From assembly GCA_963749715.1 (NCBI GenBank), contig CAVVNR010000016.1, positions 8,245-72,244 on the forward strand: 64,000 nt of DNA, written 5' to 3'. The position numbers and the translations under genes were made by a program. This DNA comes from an uncultured Alphaproteobacteria bacterium (GTDB lineage: Bacteria > Pseudomonadota > Alphaproteobacteria > Rhizobiales > Beijerinckiaceae). Positions 22,211 to 32,346 of the stretch are shown here, piece by piece (within the stretch, counting starts at the first letter, position 1; each line of letters starts with the position of its first letter). The notes below the pieces were generated by a model, which had not been told where the DNA came from, made no database searches, and saw only the letters and a list, made by a program, of their open reading frames with translations.

Positions 22211-23191
22211 TTATTTGCCTGGCACCGAATAGATGAACCGAGCGACCGCCGGGTCCTTCACGTTCTGCTTGTCGATGATGGCGAACCCGGTTTCGACGCG
22301 GCGCGGCAGGCTGCTCACGCCGGCGGCGTCGGCCGCCGCGAACATCACCGCCATATAGCCCATGTCGAACGGCTTTTGCGCCAGCACCAGGCTGACGACG
22401 CCCTTGTCCATCAGCTCGATCGCCTGCTTCGTCGCATCGTAGGCGACCACCTGCACGTGGCCGCCGAGGCCGGCGTTGACCACGGCCGTGCCGGCGCCTT
22501 GCGCGCTGAACACGTTGGTGCCGAACACTCCCGCGAGGTTGGGTTCGCGCGTGAGCGCCGCCGCGGTCTGCTGGGTCGCCTTATTGGGGTCGTCGAGATT
22601 GTAGTCGGGTCCAAGCACCTTGACGTTCGGGAACTCCTTGGCGATCGCCTCCTTGAAGCCCTTCTCGCGCCCCTCGACCGAGCTGACGTTGGGGTTGGTC
22701 GAATTGATGTAGACCGTTCCCTTGCCGCCGATCGCCTTGGCCAATCCGCGCGCCGCGATGCGGCCGCCCTCGGTGTTGTCGGAACCGATATAGCTGATCG
22801 GGAACTTTACCGGGCCGTTGACGTAGTCGCCGTCGCCGAGGAACGTGTCGACGGTGATAATCCTGATGCCGGCGTCGGTGGCGGCCTTCAGCGGCCCGAC
22901 CATCTGGTCCTTATCGGTCGGAGCGGTGATGATGTATTTGAGGTCGCCGCGCGCGACCATCGAATCAAGAATGGGCGTCTGCACCGCGACGCCCCAGGTC
23001 GCGGGAATCTGCGTCACCACGTCGGCGCCGATGTCCCTCGCCGCCGCCTCGACGCCAAGTTGCATGACCTGGTAGAAAGGATCGACAACCCCCGGCAAGA
23101 AGCCGATCTTGAGTTTCTCGGCCGCTGCCCCGTGCGCCGCCAAGGCCAGAGCGAACCCCGCCGCCATGGCCAAGCCTGTCTGTTTGCGCAT
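22211..23191 (-). CDS. Monosaccharide ABC substrate-binding protein (RbsB-like)
   Basis: Signal peptide, DPFYQVMQLGVEAAA, IGSDNTEGG and LAQKPFDMGY. Confidence 0.9.
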   Translation of the reverse strand: MRKQTGLAMAAGFALALAAHGAAAEKLKIGFLPGVVDPFYQVMQLGVEAAARDIGADVVTQIPATWGVAVQTPILDSMVARGDLKYIITAPTDKDQMVGPLKAATDAGIRIITVDTFLGDGDYVNGPVKFPISYIGSDNTEGGRIAARGLAKAIGGKGTVYINSTNPNVSSVEGREKGFKEAIAKEFPNVKVLGPDYNLDDPNKATQQTAAALTREPNLAGVFGTNVFSAQGAGTAVVNAGLGGHVQVVAYDATKQAIELMDKGVVSLVLAQKPFDMGYMAVMFAAADAAGVSSLPRRVETGFAIIDKQNVKDPAVARFIYSVPGK

Positions 23192-23470
23192 ATCAGGTTT
23201 CCTCCCTCGACTATCGTTTCGCAGCCGGCTTCGCCGGTCGCTGTGACGTCCATTTCAGTTCCGACCCAAGGCCGGCCGAATGTCAAGATGAGCGCGCCGC
23301 TTTGCCGCTTTTCACCCGCTGGGCGTGGTCAGCGGGACGACGAGCGTTTGCCCGGCGCGAGAATTGCAAGACTTAGATATCGTGAATGTCCTTTTGCTTG
23401 GCCTTGACGCGCGGGCGCTGGCGGACAACATGTCGCGCTGGGCCCGAAGGGGCGCATTGAGAGCGTCGAA

Positions 23471-24391
23471 TTGCAGTCCGGCAGGGCCATTTTGAACGTC
23501 CGCCACCTGACCGCCTATCGCTACGCGCGACCGGTCGAGTTTGGCGACCATCGCATGATGTTGCGTCCGCGCGACGGGCACGATCAGCGGCTGTTGTCGT
23601 CGGAGCTCGACATCGATCCGGAGCCGAGGCGATTGCGCTGGCTTTACGACACGTTCGACAATTGCGTCGCGATCGCGTCGTTTTCCGGCGCCTCGACGTC
23701 GTTGACCGTCGAGAACCGGTTCACCGTCGAACGCATCGTCGACGATCAGCCGGGCGGCGAAATCGACCCGCGGGCGCAGTTCTTTCCCTTTTCCTACGCC
23801 CCTGAGGAACTGCCGGACATCGCCCGGGCGATCGAGCGGCTCTACGCCGATCCCGCAGGCGACCTCGATCGCTGGGTGCGACACTTCGTGGCGTCGGGCG
23901 CGACGATGCTGACCAGCCATCTGTTGATGACGCTGACCTACGCGATCAAGGAAGGATTTTCCTACGAACGGCGCGAGGCGCCTGGAGTGCAATCGCCGCG
24001 CCATACGCTCGAGCGCCGTCGCGGCTCCTGCCGCGACTTCGCGGTGCTGATGATGGAGGCGGCGCGCGCGCTCGGAATCGCAGCGCGCTTTGTCTCCGGC
24101 TATGTGTATGTTCCTTACAACGAGGGCGAGCCGGTGCGCATGGGCGGCGGGGCGACGCATGCGTGGTGCCAAATCTATCTGCCCGGCGCCGGCTGGATCG
24201 AATTCGACCCGACAAATGGGCTGGTCGGCGGGAAGGATCTCATCCGCGTCGCGGTTGCGCGCGATCCCGCCCAGGCCGCGCCGCTGACCGGCGCCTATTT
24301 CGGCGACGCCACGGACGAATTGGGCATGGAGGTCTTGGTCGAGGTGACGCAACGGCAAAACGCCCAACGCGTCACGCTCGCCGATGTCTAA
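23471..24391 (+). CDS. Transglutaminase-like protein with N-terminal Bact_transglu_N domain
   Basis: VRHLTAYRYARPVEFGDHRMMLRPRD and a Cys-His-Asp triad (GSCRDFA, HAWCQIY, FDPTN). Start codon uncertain. Confidence 0.85.
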   Translation: MQSGRAILNVRHLTAYRYARPVEFGDHRMMLRPRDGHDQRLLSSELDIDPEPRRLRWLYDTFDNCVAIASFSGASTSLTVENRFTVERIVDDQPGGEIDPRAQFFPFSYAPEELPDIARAIERLYADPAGDLDRWVRHFVASGATMLTSHLLMTLTYAIKEGFSYERREAPGVQSPRHTLERRRGSCRDFAVLMMEAARALGIAARFVSGYVYVPYNEGEPVRMGGGATHAWCQIYLPGAGWIEFDPTNGLVGGKDLIRVAVARDPAQAAPLTGAYFGDATDELGMEVLVEVTQRQNAQRVTLADV

Positions 24392-24421
24392 ACTTCTATC
24401 CGATCCCGGGGATTCTTGTTG

Positions 24422-25237
24422 ATGATCATTCGCGCCGGATATGCGATTGCGTTCGAATGCGCGGCGGTGACGCCGATGATATTGCACCTCAACATCCATC
24501 CCTCGCGCGCGATCGATCTCGTCTCGCCAGACATCGTGAGAGCGGAGCCGCACTACCCGACAGACGCTTATCTCGATTTGTTCGGCAATCGAGTGACGCG
24601 GGTCGAGGCGCAACCCGGCGTGGTGACTTTCCACAATGATTTCACCATCCGTGACAGCGGGTCGCCCGACGAGACGCCTGAAGATGCGCCGTTGACGGCG
24701 GTCGCCAGATTGCCGAGCGAGGTGCTCGTCTATCTGCTCGCCAGCCGCTATTGCGACAGCGACAACCTCAGCGACTTCGCGTGGTCGCAGTTCGGCGGGA
24801 TCGGCGGCGGGGCGAAACTCGTGCAGTCGATCTGCGATTTCGTCCACTCTCGCGTCCGCTTTGACTATGCCGCGGCAAACCCGCGTCGCACCGCGTCCGA
24901 CGGATTTCGCGAGGGAGTCGGCGTCTGCCGCGATTTCGCTCACCTTGCAGCAGCGCTGTGCCGGGCGATGAATGTGCCGGCGCGCTACTGCACCGGCTAT
25001 CTCGGCGACATCGGCGTGCCGCCGGACCCGGCGCCGATGGACTTCTCCGCCTGGTTTGAGGTCTTTCTCAACGGCCGCTGGTATACGTTCGACGCCAGGC
25101 ACAATATGCCGCGGATCGGACGCATCGTCATGGCGAGGGGCCGCGACGCCGCCGATGTCGCGATCTCGACCGCGTTCGGCCAGCCGGTCCTCAAGCGGTT
25201 CGAGGTGACGACCTACGAAGAGGCGATCGCCGCCTGA
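24422..25237 (+). CDS. Transglutaminase-like protein
   Basis: YLLASRYCDSD, GVCRDFAHL, ARYCTGY, MDFSAWFEV, FDAR and RGRDAADV. Confidence 0.85.
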   Translation: MIIRAGYAIAFECAAVTPMILHLNIHPSRAIDLVSPDIVRAEPHYPTDAYLDLFGNRVTRVEAQPGVVTFHNDFTIRDSGSPDETPEDAPLTAVARLPSEVLVYLLASRYCDSDNLSDFAWSQFGGIGGGAKLVQSICDFVHSRVRFDYAAANPRRTASDGFREGVGVCRDFAHLAAALCRAMNVPARYCTGYLGDIGVPPDPAPMDFSAWFEVFLNGRWYTFDARHNMPRIGRIVMARGRDAADVAISTAFGQPVLKRFEVTTYEEAIAA

Positions 25238-26874
25238 TCGTGCGGCGCTGGCTCTCCGGGGGCTCGCCCCGCGTAGTCGAAATGCCTAAAGTCGGCGGAT
25301 ACCGCCCCACCCGATGCGCCGAATGCAAACATGCCGACGAAGGCGCCGGTGAACGAGCGGTGCTCCCCGCCTCCCGCCTCGTCGGACAGGAGGGAAGCGT
25401 CGAGGGTCGGGCCGACGCGGCGCCACTCGCCGTTCAGGGCGTACGCGAACTGGAGGCGGGCGTGGTCGATCGACGCGGCAAGGCTGACCGGATCGTCTGC
25501 GCCGAGCGGCATGGGAGCTTCGAGCGGGAAGCTCAAGCGCCCCTCGGGACAATCGCCTTCGCAGCTGAGGATGCTCAGGGATCGCCCCAGCTTCTCGTCC
25601 CACCCGACGGCCAGGCAATGGAACTTGGTGCGATTGTAATAGGCAGTCAGGCCTGCCGCGTGCTGAAACGCGGTGGGACGGAAATCGAGCTCCGTCTCGA
25701 CGCGGTAGACGAAGTGCTCTTGCCGCCGCGCGACCAGCGCCTGCTCGAACCATGAGCCGATCAATTCGCGCGCGTGGAGACGCAGCCAGCCGGGGCGGGC
25801 GGTCAGGGAAAAAATGCGCTCGGGATGAGGGGTCCTGAGCCACTGGAAATCGACCGGCAGGCCGGCTTCCGGCGAAAAGGCGTAAGCTTGGCGCGCGGGT
25901 TTCGGCTTGACCGGGGCGTCGAACGGCGCCGGGGTGTCGACCGCAGGGACTTGACCTCCTTCAGCGAGACGCAGCCAGCCGTCGTCGCCCCAGACGCATT
26001 TCTGAATTGCGGTCTCGCGCCCAAGCGGCGAGCGCCCCAGGCCCTTGAGCGGTCTCGAGCACAGGTGCGTATGATAGACTTGTCCGTCCGGCGTCTCGAC
26101 GATCTGCCCATGTCCAGCACGCTGCAAGACGGCGTCGGGCGCGTCTTTCGAGGTCAGGAGATGGACGCTCGGATGCAGCTCGTAGGGACCTTCGATCGCG
26201 CGTGAGCGAGCCATGGTGACGGCGTGATCGTAGCCGGTGCCGCCCTCGGCGGTGGTCAAATAGTACCAGCCGGCGCGCTTGAAGAGATGCGGGCCCTCGA
26301 CAAGGCCATGAGCGCTGCCGGCAAAGATGGTTTTCGGCGATCCGGCGAGCTGTCCTGCGACTGGGTCCCATTCCTGCAGCGCGATGCCGAAGAAGCCTGG
26401 ATGCTTCAGATGGGCGCCGGCCCGGTCGCGATGGTTCCAGACCATGTTGACGAACCATTTGCGTCCGTCGTCGTCGTGAAACAGCGAGGGGTCGAAGCCG
26501 CTCGAATTTACGTAGACCGGATCTGACCACGGGGCGTCGATCGCCGGCGCGGTGACGATGTAATTGTGCGCGTCCTTGAAGCTGCCGTCGAATCGCTTGA
26601 CGTCGGTAAAGACGAGCCAGAACTTGCCCTCGGCGTAAGACAGACACGGCGCCCACACGCCGCAGGAATCAGGTTCGCCGCGCAGATCGAGCTGCGAGGC
26701 GCGCTCGAGCGGGCGCCGCACAAGCCGCCAATTGACGAGATCGCGCGAGTGATGGATCTGCACGCCTGGGACCCATTCGAAGGTCGAGGTGGCGATGTAA
26801 TAGTCGTCGCCGACACGGCAGATCGACGGGTCGGGATTAAATCCCGGCAGGATCGGGTTGTGGATCATGGTCAT
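25213..26874 (-). CDS. GH43 beta-xylosidase/arabinofuranosidase
   Basis: HNPILPGFNPDPSI, ATSTFEW, WAPCL, GFDPSLF, EGPHL and C-terminal SFTGAFVGM. No signal peptide. Confidence 0.92.
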   Translation of the reverse strand: MTMIHNPILPGFNPDPSICRVGDDYYIATSTFEWVPGVQIHHSRDLVNWRLVRRPLERASQLDLRGEPDSCGVWAPCLSYAEGKFWLVFTDVKRFDGSFKDAHNYIVTAPAIDAPWSDPVYVNSSGFDPSLFHDDDGRKWFVNMVWNHRDRAGAHLKHPGFFGIALQEWDPVAGQLAGSPKTIFAGSAHGLVEGPHLFKRAGWYYLTTAEGGTGYDHAVTMARSRAIEGPYELHPSVHLLTSKDAPDAVLQRAGHGQIVETPDGQVYHTHLCSRPLKGLGRSPLGRETAIQKCVWGDDGWLRLAEGGQVPAVDTPAPFDAPVKPKPARQAYAFSPEAGLPVDFQWLRTPHPERIFSLTARPGWLRLHARELIGSWFEQALVARRQEHFVYRVETELDFRPTAFQHAAGLTAYYNRTKFHCLAVGWDEKLGRSLSILSCEGDCPEGRLSFPLEAPMPLGADDPVSLAASIDHARLQFAYALNGEWRRVGPTLDASLLSDEAGGGEHRSFTGAFVGMFAFGASGGAVSADFRHFDYAGRAPGEPAPHDQAAIASS

Positions 26875-26884
26875 TGGACGGCTT

Positions 26885-27526
26885 TCAGCGCGCCGCCCAC
26901 AGCATGCCGCGCTCGAAAATCGTCTTCATCTCCCGCACGCCGAACTCCGCGGTGACATGGCCGAGAGACGAGTAGAAGACGCGCCCTTCGCCATGCCGGC
27001 GCTTCCACACGACCGGCATCACGACGCCCTTGGTCCAGGGCGCGTGCTCGCCGGAAAACGTTGTCGTCGCCAAGACTTCATTGGCCGGATCGACGTGCAT
27101 GTAATATTGCTCGGACCGATAGGGGAAACTCGAAACGCCCTGCATGATCGGATCGTCGGGCTTGGCGACGTCAACTCGATAGTCGACAATGTTGCCCGGG
27201 TGGGCGACCCATTGGCCGCCGCACATGAACTGATAGTCGACGCTGTCGCGAAACGCGTCGCACATGCAGCCGTGATAGCCGGCCAGGCCGACGCCGCCTC
27301 TCACCGCGGCGGTCAGATTCTCGACCTCTTCCTTCTCGATCTTCGACATCGTGACGATTGGCACGATCAGACTCATGTCGGCGATCGCGGGGTCGGCGAA
27401 CGCTTCGGTCGTGTTTTCGATATAGACTTTGAAGCCATGCTCCTCGAGCATCTTGGCGACGATATGCGAGCCCGCTTCCGGCTCGTGGCCGCTCCAGCCT
27501 CCCCAGACGATGAGCGCTTCGCGCAT
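26885..27526 (-). CDS. ThuA-like domain protein
   Basis: MREALIVWGGWSGHEP, GLAGYHG, GGQWVAHPG, SEQYYMHVDP and GRVFYSSLGH. Confidence 0.85.
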   Translation of the reverse strand: MREALIVWGGWSGHEPEAGSHIVAKMLEEHGFKVYIENTTEAFADPAIADMSLIVPIVTMSKIEKEEVENLTAAVRGGVGLAGYHGCMCDAFRDSVDYQFMCGGQWVAHPGNIVDYRVDVAKPDDPIMQGVSSFPYRSEQYYMHVDPANEVLATTTFSGEHAPWTKGVVMPVVWKRRHGEGRVFYSSLGHVTAEFGVREMKTIFERGMLWAAR

Positions 27527-27555
27527 GCAGTTCCTCCGTTCCGAATCGCTGTTGT

Positions 27556-28652
27556 TCAGTCGAGCTCGCCCACAGCGAGCGACGGCGACAGAGGCGCGGG
27601 CCGCCGCGGATGGCTCGAGATCGCGACCGCCTTGCCGGCGTCGGACGATGTCTGAAACGCCTCCATCACCTCCAGCACGTGGAACGCCAGCTCGCCGCTG
27701 GCGCGGTGCGCCCTGCCGGAGCGGATCGCCTGCGCCATGTCGGCAAGGCCGACGATCCGGTAGTTGCCGTCCGCATAGGGGCCTGCGTCGGCATTTCTCG
27801 CCAGTCATCCGAAGCCGTGGCGAACTCGACCTTGCCGCCGAAATAGTTGGGGTCTGGAACAATGAGCGAGCCGGTCTCGCCGTAGAGCTCGATCGGACCG
27901 TGCCTGTGCCGTGATACGTCGAAGCTCATTGTCATCGACACCGCCGCCCCGCTCGCGAACAACAGCGTCCCGCTGACGTGGGTGGCGACCTCGACGGGAA
28001 GGCGCGTTCCGGCAAGCGGCTTGCTCGTGACAATGCGCTCCGACCTGGTCCGGGTCGCAACGCCGCTGACGCTCGCCACCGACCCGAGAAGATTGACGAG
28101 GTCGGTGACATAATAGGGTCCCATGTCGAGCATCGGGCCGCCGCCGGCGAGGTAATAGAAGCCGGGGTTGGGATGCCAACGCTCATGCCCCGGACACATG
28201 AAGAAAGCCGTGCCGCCGATCGGCCGGCCGATCAACCCTTCGTCGATCGCGCGACGCGCGGTCTGGTGGGCGCCGCCTAGAAACGTGTCCGGCGCACAGC
28301 CGAGCCTAAGTCCCTTGGCGGCCGCGGCGTCGATCAGCTTGCGCGCCTCGGCGACGGTGACGCCGAGCGGTTTTTCCGAGTAGACGTGCTTGCCGGCGGC
28401 GATCGCCTTGAGGCCAACATCGACATGGGCCTTGGGAACCGTGAGGTTGAGGACGATCTCGACCGCTGGATCGGCAAGCAGCGCGTCGACCGGCCGCGCC
28501 GGAACGCTGAACTCGGCCGCGCGCGCTTGCGCCGCCGCGGGATCGGCGTCGGAGAGCGCGATGAGGTTGAGGATGGGGAAGTTTTTCGCCGCGGTCAGAT
28601 AGGCGGCGCTGATATTGCCGCAGCCGACGACGCCGATTGCCACCGGTTTCAT
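27556..28652 (-). CDS. Gfo/Idh/MocA-family oxidoreductase, frameshift near 27785
   Basis: GVVGCGNIS, GKHVYSEKP and GGGPMLDMGPYY. The C-terminus (HRASGELAFHVLEVM) is in another frame. Confidence 0.85.
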
Positions 28653-29893
28653 CACGATTCTCCGAGCTGCGGCGCGAGCGATTCGCGAAGCGGCGCCGGT
28701 CCGGTCGTTCCCCAGGGGGCGCCATAGAGATCCCGAAGCGTCATCGCGGCGGCGCCCTGCAGCCAGTTTCCATCGCTCCACTCTCGAACGATGATGTCGG
28801 AGACGTCCGCGAGGCTGGCGGGCAGAAGATGAGCGACGGTTTTGCGCAGTGGCTCGACGAAATGCTCGCTGGTCGCCATGGCGCGGCCGGAAATGATGAC
28901 TTTTGGCGGCGCGAACAAAGTGATCAGGTTGGCGACCGCGAAGCCCAGCGCCTCGCCCGCCGCGGCGAGCACCCGTGCGCAGGGTTTGTCCCCGGCGGCG
29001 GCGCGCTGCAACAGCAGCGCCATCGCCCGTCCTGGTTGGGGCGCGCTGTCAGGCTCGCGGTTGCGCATGAGCGCTTCGGCTTCGATCAGGACTGAGGCTT
29101 CCGAGGCCACGTCGGCAAGGCGCCCATCGCCGCTGGCGGGATGGCGAACCATGAGATCGCCGAGGTCCGGACTGAGGCCGTTCGCGCCGCGAAACAGTTC
29201 GCCGTTATGAAGAATGCCGAGGCCGAGGCTGCGCTCGACGTTGACGACCAGAAAGTCGTTCAGGTCGCGCGCCTGTCCAAACCAGTGCTCGGCCAACGTC
29301 ACCAGATTGACGTCGCTATCGATCGAAGCGGGCACGCCAAGGCGATGGGTGAGATCGGCGCCGAACGGAACGTCGCGCTCCTGCAGAATGGGGCTCTGGC
29401 GGCAGATGCCCGCCGCCCGCTCGACCACGCCCGGCAGACCGACGCAGACGCCCGAGATTTCAGCGATGTCGAGACCCGCATCGCTGACGCAGCGACGCAC
29501 GCCGTCCTCGACCAGATCGGCGATCACCGAGGCCGTCTGGCGGTCGATCCGGACCGGCAGCGCCAGCGAGCGGAGGATGTCGGCGCAGAAATTCGTGACC
29601 GCGACCGTGATCTGGTCGGGGGCGAGCTTGACCCCTACCACGTGCGCCGCGTCCGGATTGAGCCTGAGCATGACGCGAGGCCGGCCGCGTCCCGCGTCGC
29701 GCACGGCGCCGATCTGCAGCGGGATGATCAGCCGATCGTCGAGCAGCGCTGCGGTGATGGCGGAAACGGTGGTGGCGCTCAATTCGGTCAGTTGGGAGAT
29801 TTCGACCCGAGACACTGGGCCGAAGCGGCGGATCGCATCCATCACGTGAAAGCGATTGATCGCGCGCATCAGTTCGGGATCGGCGGTCTTCAT
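28652..29893 (-). CDS. ROK-family (XylR/NagC-like) transcriptional regulator
   Basis: N-terminal HTH SRVEISQLTELSATTVS, GRGRP, and ROK domain GVCVGLPG, DSDVN, GLGI. Confidence 0.9.
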   Translation of the reverse strand: MKTADPELMRAINRFHVMDAIRRFGPVSRVEISQLTELSATTVSAITAALLDDRLIIPLQIGAVRDAGRGRPRVMLRLNPDAAHVVGVKLAPDQITVAVTNFCADILRSLALPVRIDRQTASVIADLVEDGVRRCVSDAGLDIAEISGVCVGLPGVVERAAGICRQSPILQERDVPFGADLTHRLGVPASIDSDVNLVTLAEHWFGQARDLNDFLVVNVERSLGLGILHNGELFRGANGLSPDLGDLMVRHPASGDGRLADVASEASVLIEAEALMRNREPDSAPQPGRAMALLLQRAAAGDKPCARVLAAAGEALGFAVANLITLFAPPKVIISGRAMATSEHFVEPLRKTVAHLLPASLADVSDIIVREWSDGNWLQGAAAMTLRDLYGAPWGTTGPAPLRESLAPQLGES

Positions 29894-29940
29894 CGCTCGG
29901 ACGCTTCCGCTTCAGACGCGAGTTTTCTACGGGGAGCGGA

Positions 29941-30060
29941 ATTAATTTCAATTTCGCGACGGCCTGTCAACCGCCCAACTCCGATTTCCAGGCTATTTCC
30001 GGCCGGTTGTCTTGACAGTCGTCCAAAGTCGAGACAGATTTAATCCGCATCACGGATAAA
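29941..30060. promoter_or_regulatory. Divergent promoters and putative ROK operator
   Basis: TTGACA on the minus strand (29965-29970) and on the plus strand (30012-30017, -10-like CAGATT 17 bp later). Palindrome TTAATCCG-CATCA-CGGATAAA at 30040-30060 overlaps the likely transcription start. Confidence 0.6.
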
Positions 30061-30099
30061 AACAATGCCGTCGAGCCCACTTCCTTCCGGAGGAAACCT

Positions 30100-31356
30100 A
30101 TGAATTTTCGCCACTTCGCGTTCGCCGCGGGATGTCTCGCCGCGCTGGTCTTCCCGGCCTATGCCGAGACGAACATCACCGTTCTTCACGTCAGCGAAAA
30201 CCCCGGTCAGAAGGCGGTGTGGGAAAAGGCCGCGGCCGACTACAACGCCTCGCATAAGGGGGTCAACGTCCAGTTCAAATACCTGGAGAACGAGGCGTTC
30301 AAGGCGAAACTGCCGACCATGCTGCAGTCGAGCAACTCGCGCCCCGAGTTGTTCTACAGCTGGGCCGGCGGCGTCATGCAGGCGCAGAACAAGGCCGGCT
30401 TCCTCAAGGACCTGAGCGCCGACGTCGGCGCTGTCCAGGCGACAATGGTCCCGGCCGCGGTCGACGCCTTCAAGGTGGACGGCAAGACCGTAGGCGTACC
30501 GTTCGAAATGGGCCTGGTCGCCTTCTATTATAACAAGAAGCTGTTCGAGAAGGCAGGTGTGAAGGCAGAGGACATCAAGACCTGGGACGACTTTCTCGGC
30601 GCGGTGAAGAAGATAAAGGCGGCCGGAATCACCCCGATCGTGGTCGGAGCGGGCGAGAAGTGGCCAATGCACTTCTACTATTCTTACCTCGTGATGCGCA
30701 TTGGCGGCGAGAACGCGCTGGCCGACGCGAAAGCCGGAAAGAACGGCGGCTTCAAGAACGCAACCTTCGTCGAGGCTGGCAAGCGCCTGCGCGAACTCGG
30801 CGCGCTCGAACCGTTCCAGCCCGGCTATCTCTCGACCAAGCACACCGAGTCGGCCGGCATGTTCGGCGACGGCAAGGCGGCGATAGACCTGATGGGTCAA
30901 TGGCTTCTCGGGATGCAGGCGCCAAACTCCACGAGCGGTAAAGGTCTGTCGGAAGACGACATCGGCATCCTGACCTTCCCGGTGGTGCCCGGCGGCAAGG
31001 GCAGGGCGACCGATACGCTCGGCGGAATCAACGGCTGGCTCGTGACGAAGACCGCGCCGCCCGAGGCCGTCGACTTCCTCAAATTCTTCAGTCAGGAGAA
31101 ATACGCTCACGAGGCCGCGGCGACCGGCGCCTATATCCCCGTCGTCAAAGGCACGGAGCAGGCGATCACCAATCCGCTGTTCCGGCGCCTAGCCGATCTG
31201 CTCGCTACGACGACCTACCATCAGAACTACTTCGACCAGGACCTCGGCCCGGCCGTCGGTCGGGTCATCAACGACGTCTCTGTGGCGGTCGTGGCCGGTG
31301 AGAAGACGCCCGAGGAAGCGGCGGCGGCAATTCAGGAAGCGGCCGAGCAGCAGTAG
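30100..31356 (+). CDS. Oligosaccharide ABC substrate-binding protein (CUT1), probably for xylo-oligosaccharides
   Basis: Signal peptide, ENEAFKAKL, FYYNKKLFEKAG and TWDDFL. GGAGG SD. Confidence 0.9.
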   Translation: MNFRHFAFAAGCLAALVFPAYAETNITVLHVSENPGQKAVWEKAAADYNASHKGVNVQFKYLENEAFKAKLPTMLQSSNSRPELFYSWAGGVMQAQNKAGFLKDLSADVGAVQATMVPAAVDAFKVDGKTVGVPFEMGLVAFYYNKKLFEKAGVKAEDIKTWDDFLGAVKKIKAAGITPIVVGAGEKWPMHFYYSYLVMRIGGENALADAKAGKNGGFKNATFVEAGKRLRELGALEPFQPGYLSTKHTESAGMFGDGKAAIDLMGQWLLGMQAPNSTSGKGLSEDDIGILTFPVVPGGKGRATDTLGGINGWLVTKTAPPEAVDFLKFFSQEKYAHEAAATGAYIPVVKGTEQAITNPLFRRLADLLATTTYHQNYFDQDLGPAVGRVINDVSVAVVAGEKTPEEAAAAIQEAAEQQ

Positions 31357-31378
31357 TCTGCGGCTCGCATCCCCTCCT

Positions 31379-31413
31379 CCGGCCCCGCCGCACCTCGAGG
31401 CGGGGCCGGCTTT
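31379..31413 (+). terminator. Intercistronic stem-loop after the SBP gene
   Basis: CCGGCCCCGCC-N9-GGCGGGGCCGG followed by CTTT. Confidence 0.55.
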
Positions 31414-31440
31414 CCCCGGAGTAACGGAAGGCCCGGCTCC

Positions 31441-32346
31441 TTGTCGGCGATCCAGACAAACTATGTCGAGCCCGCCCGGCGCATGTCCGCTAACGGATGG
31501 GCGACCGTCGTCATCTTTCTGCCGCCGGCGCTTCTCCTCTTCACCGTGTTCGTCGCGTTGCCGATCGCGGAGGCGGCGTACTACGGCTTCTTCAATTGGG
31601 ACGGATACGGCCGGCCAGAGAAATTCATCGGGCTGAAGAACTACGGCTATCTGATCGGTAACGCGACCTTCAACCGCTCGCTCATCAACAACGGCCTCGT
31701 CATAGCCGTTTCGCTCATCGTCCAGCAGCCGCTTGCGCTCGCGGTGGCGCTCATGGTCGCCGGGCGGATCACCGGAGCGGTGTGGTTCCGGATGATTTTC
31801 TTCCTGCCCTATATCCTCGCCGACGTGGCCGCCGGCCTGATCTGGCATTTCATGTTCGACGGCAGCTACGGATTGACGAGCGTGATCACCGGCGCGCTCG
31901 GCCTTGGGCCCTACTATCTCCTCGCCGACAAGACCTGGGCGTTCAGCGCGGTTCTGATCGTCATCCTGTGGAAATATTTTGGCTTCTACACCATGCTCTA
32001 CGTCGCCGGCCTGCAGGGGATCGACAGGTCGCTTCTCGAGGCGGCCGAGATGGACGGAGCCAGCGCCTTCCAGCGTTTCCGGTACATTACCCTCCCGCTG
32101 CTCGGGCCAATGATCCGGCTGTCGATCTTCTTCGCGGTCATTGGTTCGCTCAAGCTATTCGACTTCATCGTGCCTTTGACGGGTGGCGGCCCTTTCGAGA
32201 CCACCAACACGATGGTCTCCTACCTTTATTATTTCGGCATCACGCGGATGCGCTTCGGATACAGTTCGGCCGTCGGCATCGTGCTGTTCATCATCTGCGT
32301 CGCCTTCGCCTTCGGCTATCGACGTTTCGTCATGCGCGATGACTGA
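31441..32346 (+). CDS. Carbohydrate ABC permease (MalF-like)
   Basis: FIGLKNY and EAA motif LLEAAEMDGASAFQRFRYITLP. Confidence 0.9.
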   Translation: MSAIQTNYVEPARRMSANGWATVVIFLPPALLLFTVFVALPIAEAAYYGFFNWDGYGRPEKFIGLKNYGYLIGNATFNRSLINNGLVIAVSLIVQQPLALAVALMVAGRITGAVWFRMIFFLPYILADVAAGLIWHFMFDGSYGLTSVITGALGLGPYYLLADKTWAFSAVLIVILWKYFGFYTMLYVAGLQGIDRSLLEAAEMDGASAFQRFRYITLPLLGPMIRLSIFFAVIGSLKLFDFIVPLTGGGPFETTNTMVSYLYYFGITRMRFGYSSAVGIVLFIICVAFAFGYRRFVMRDD

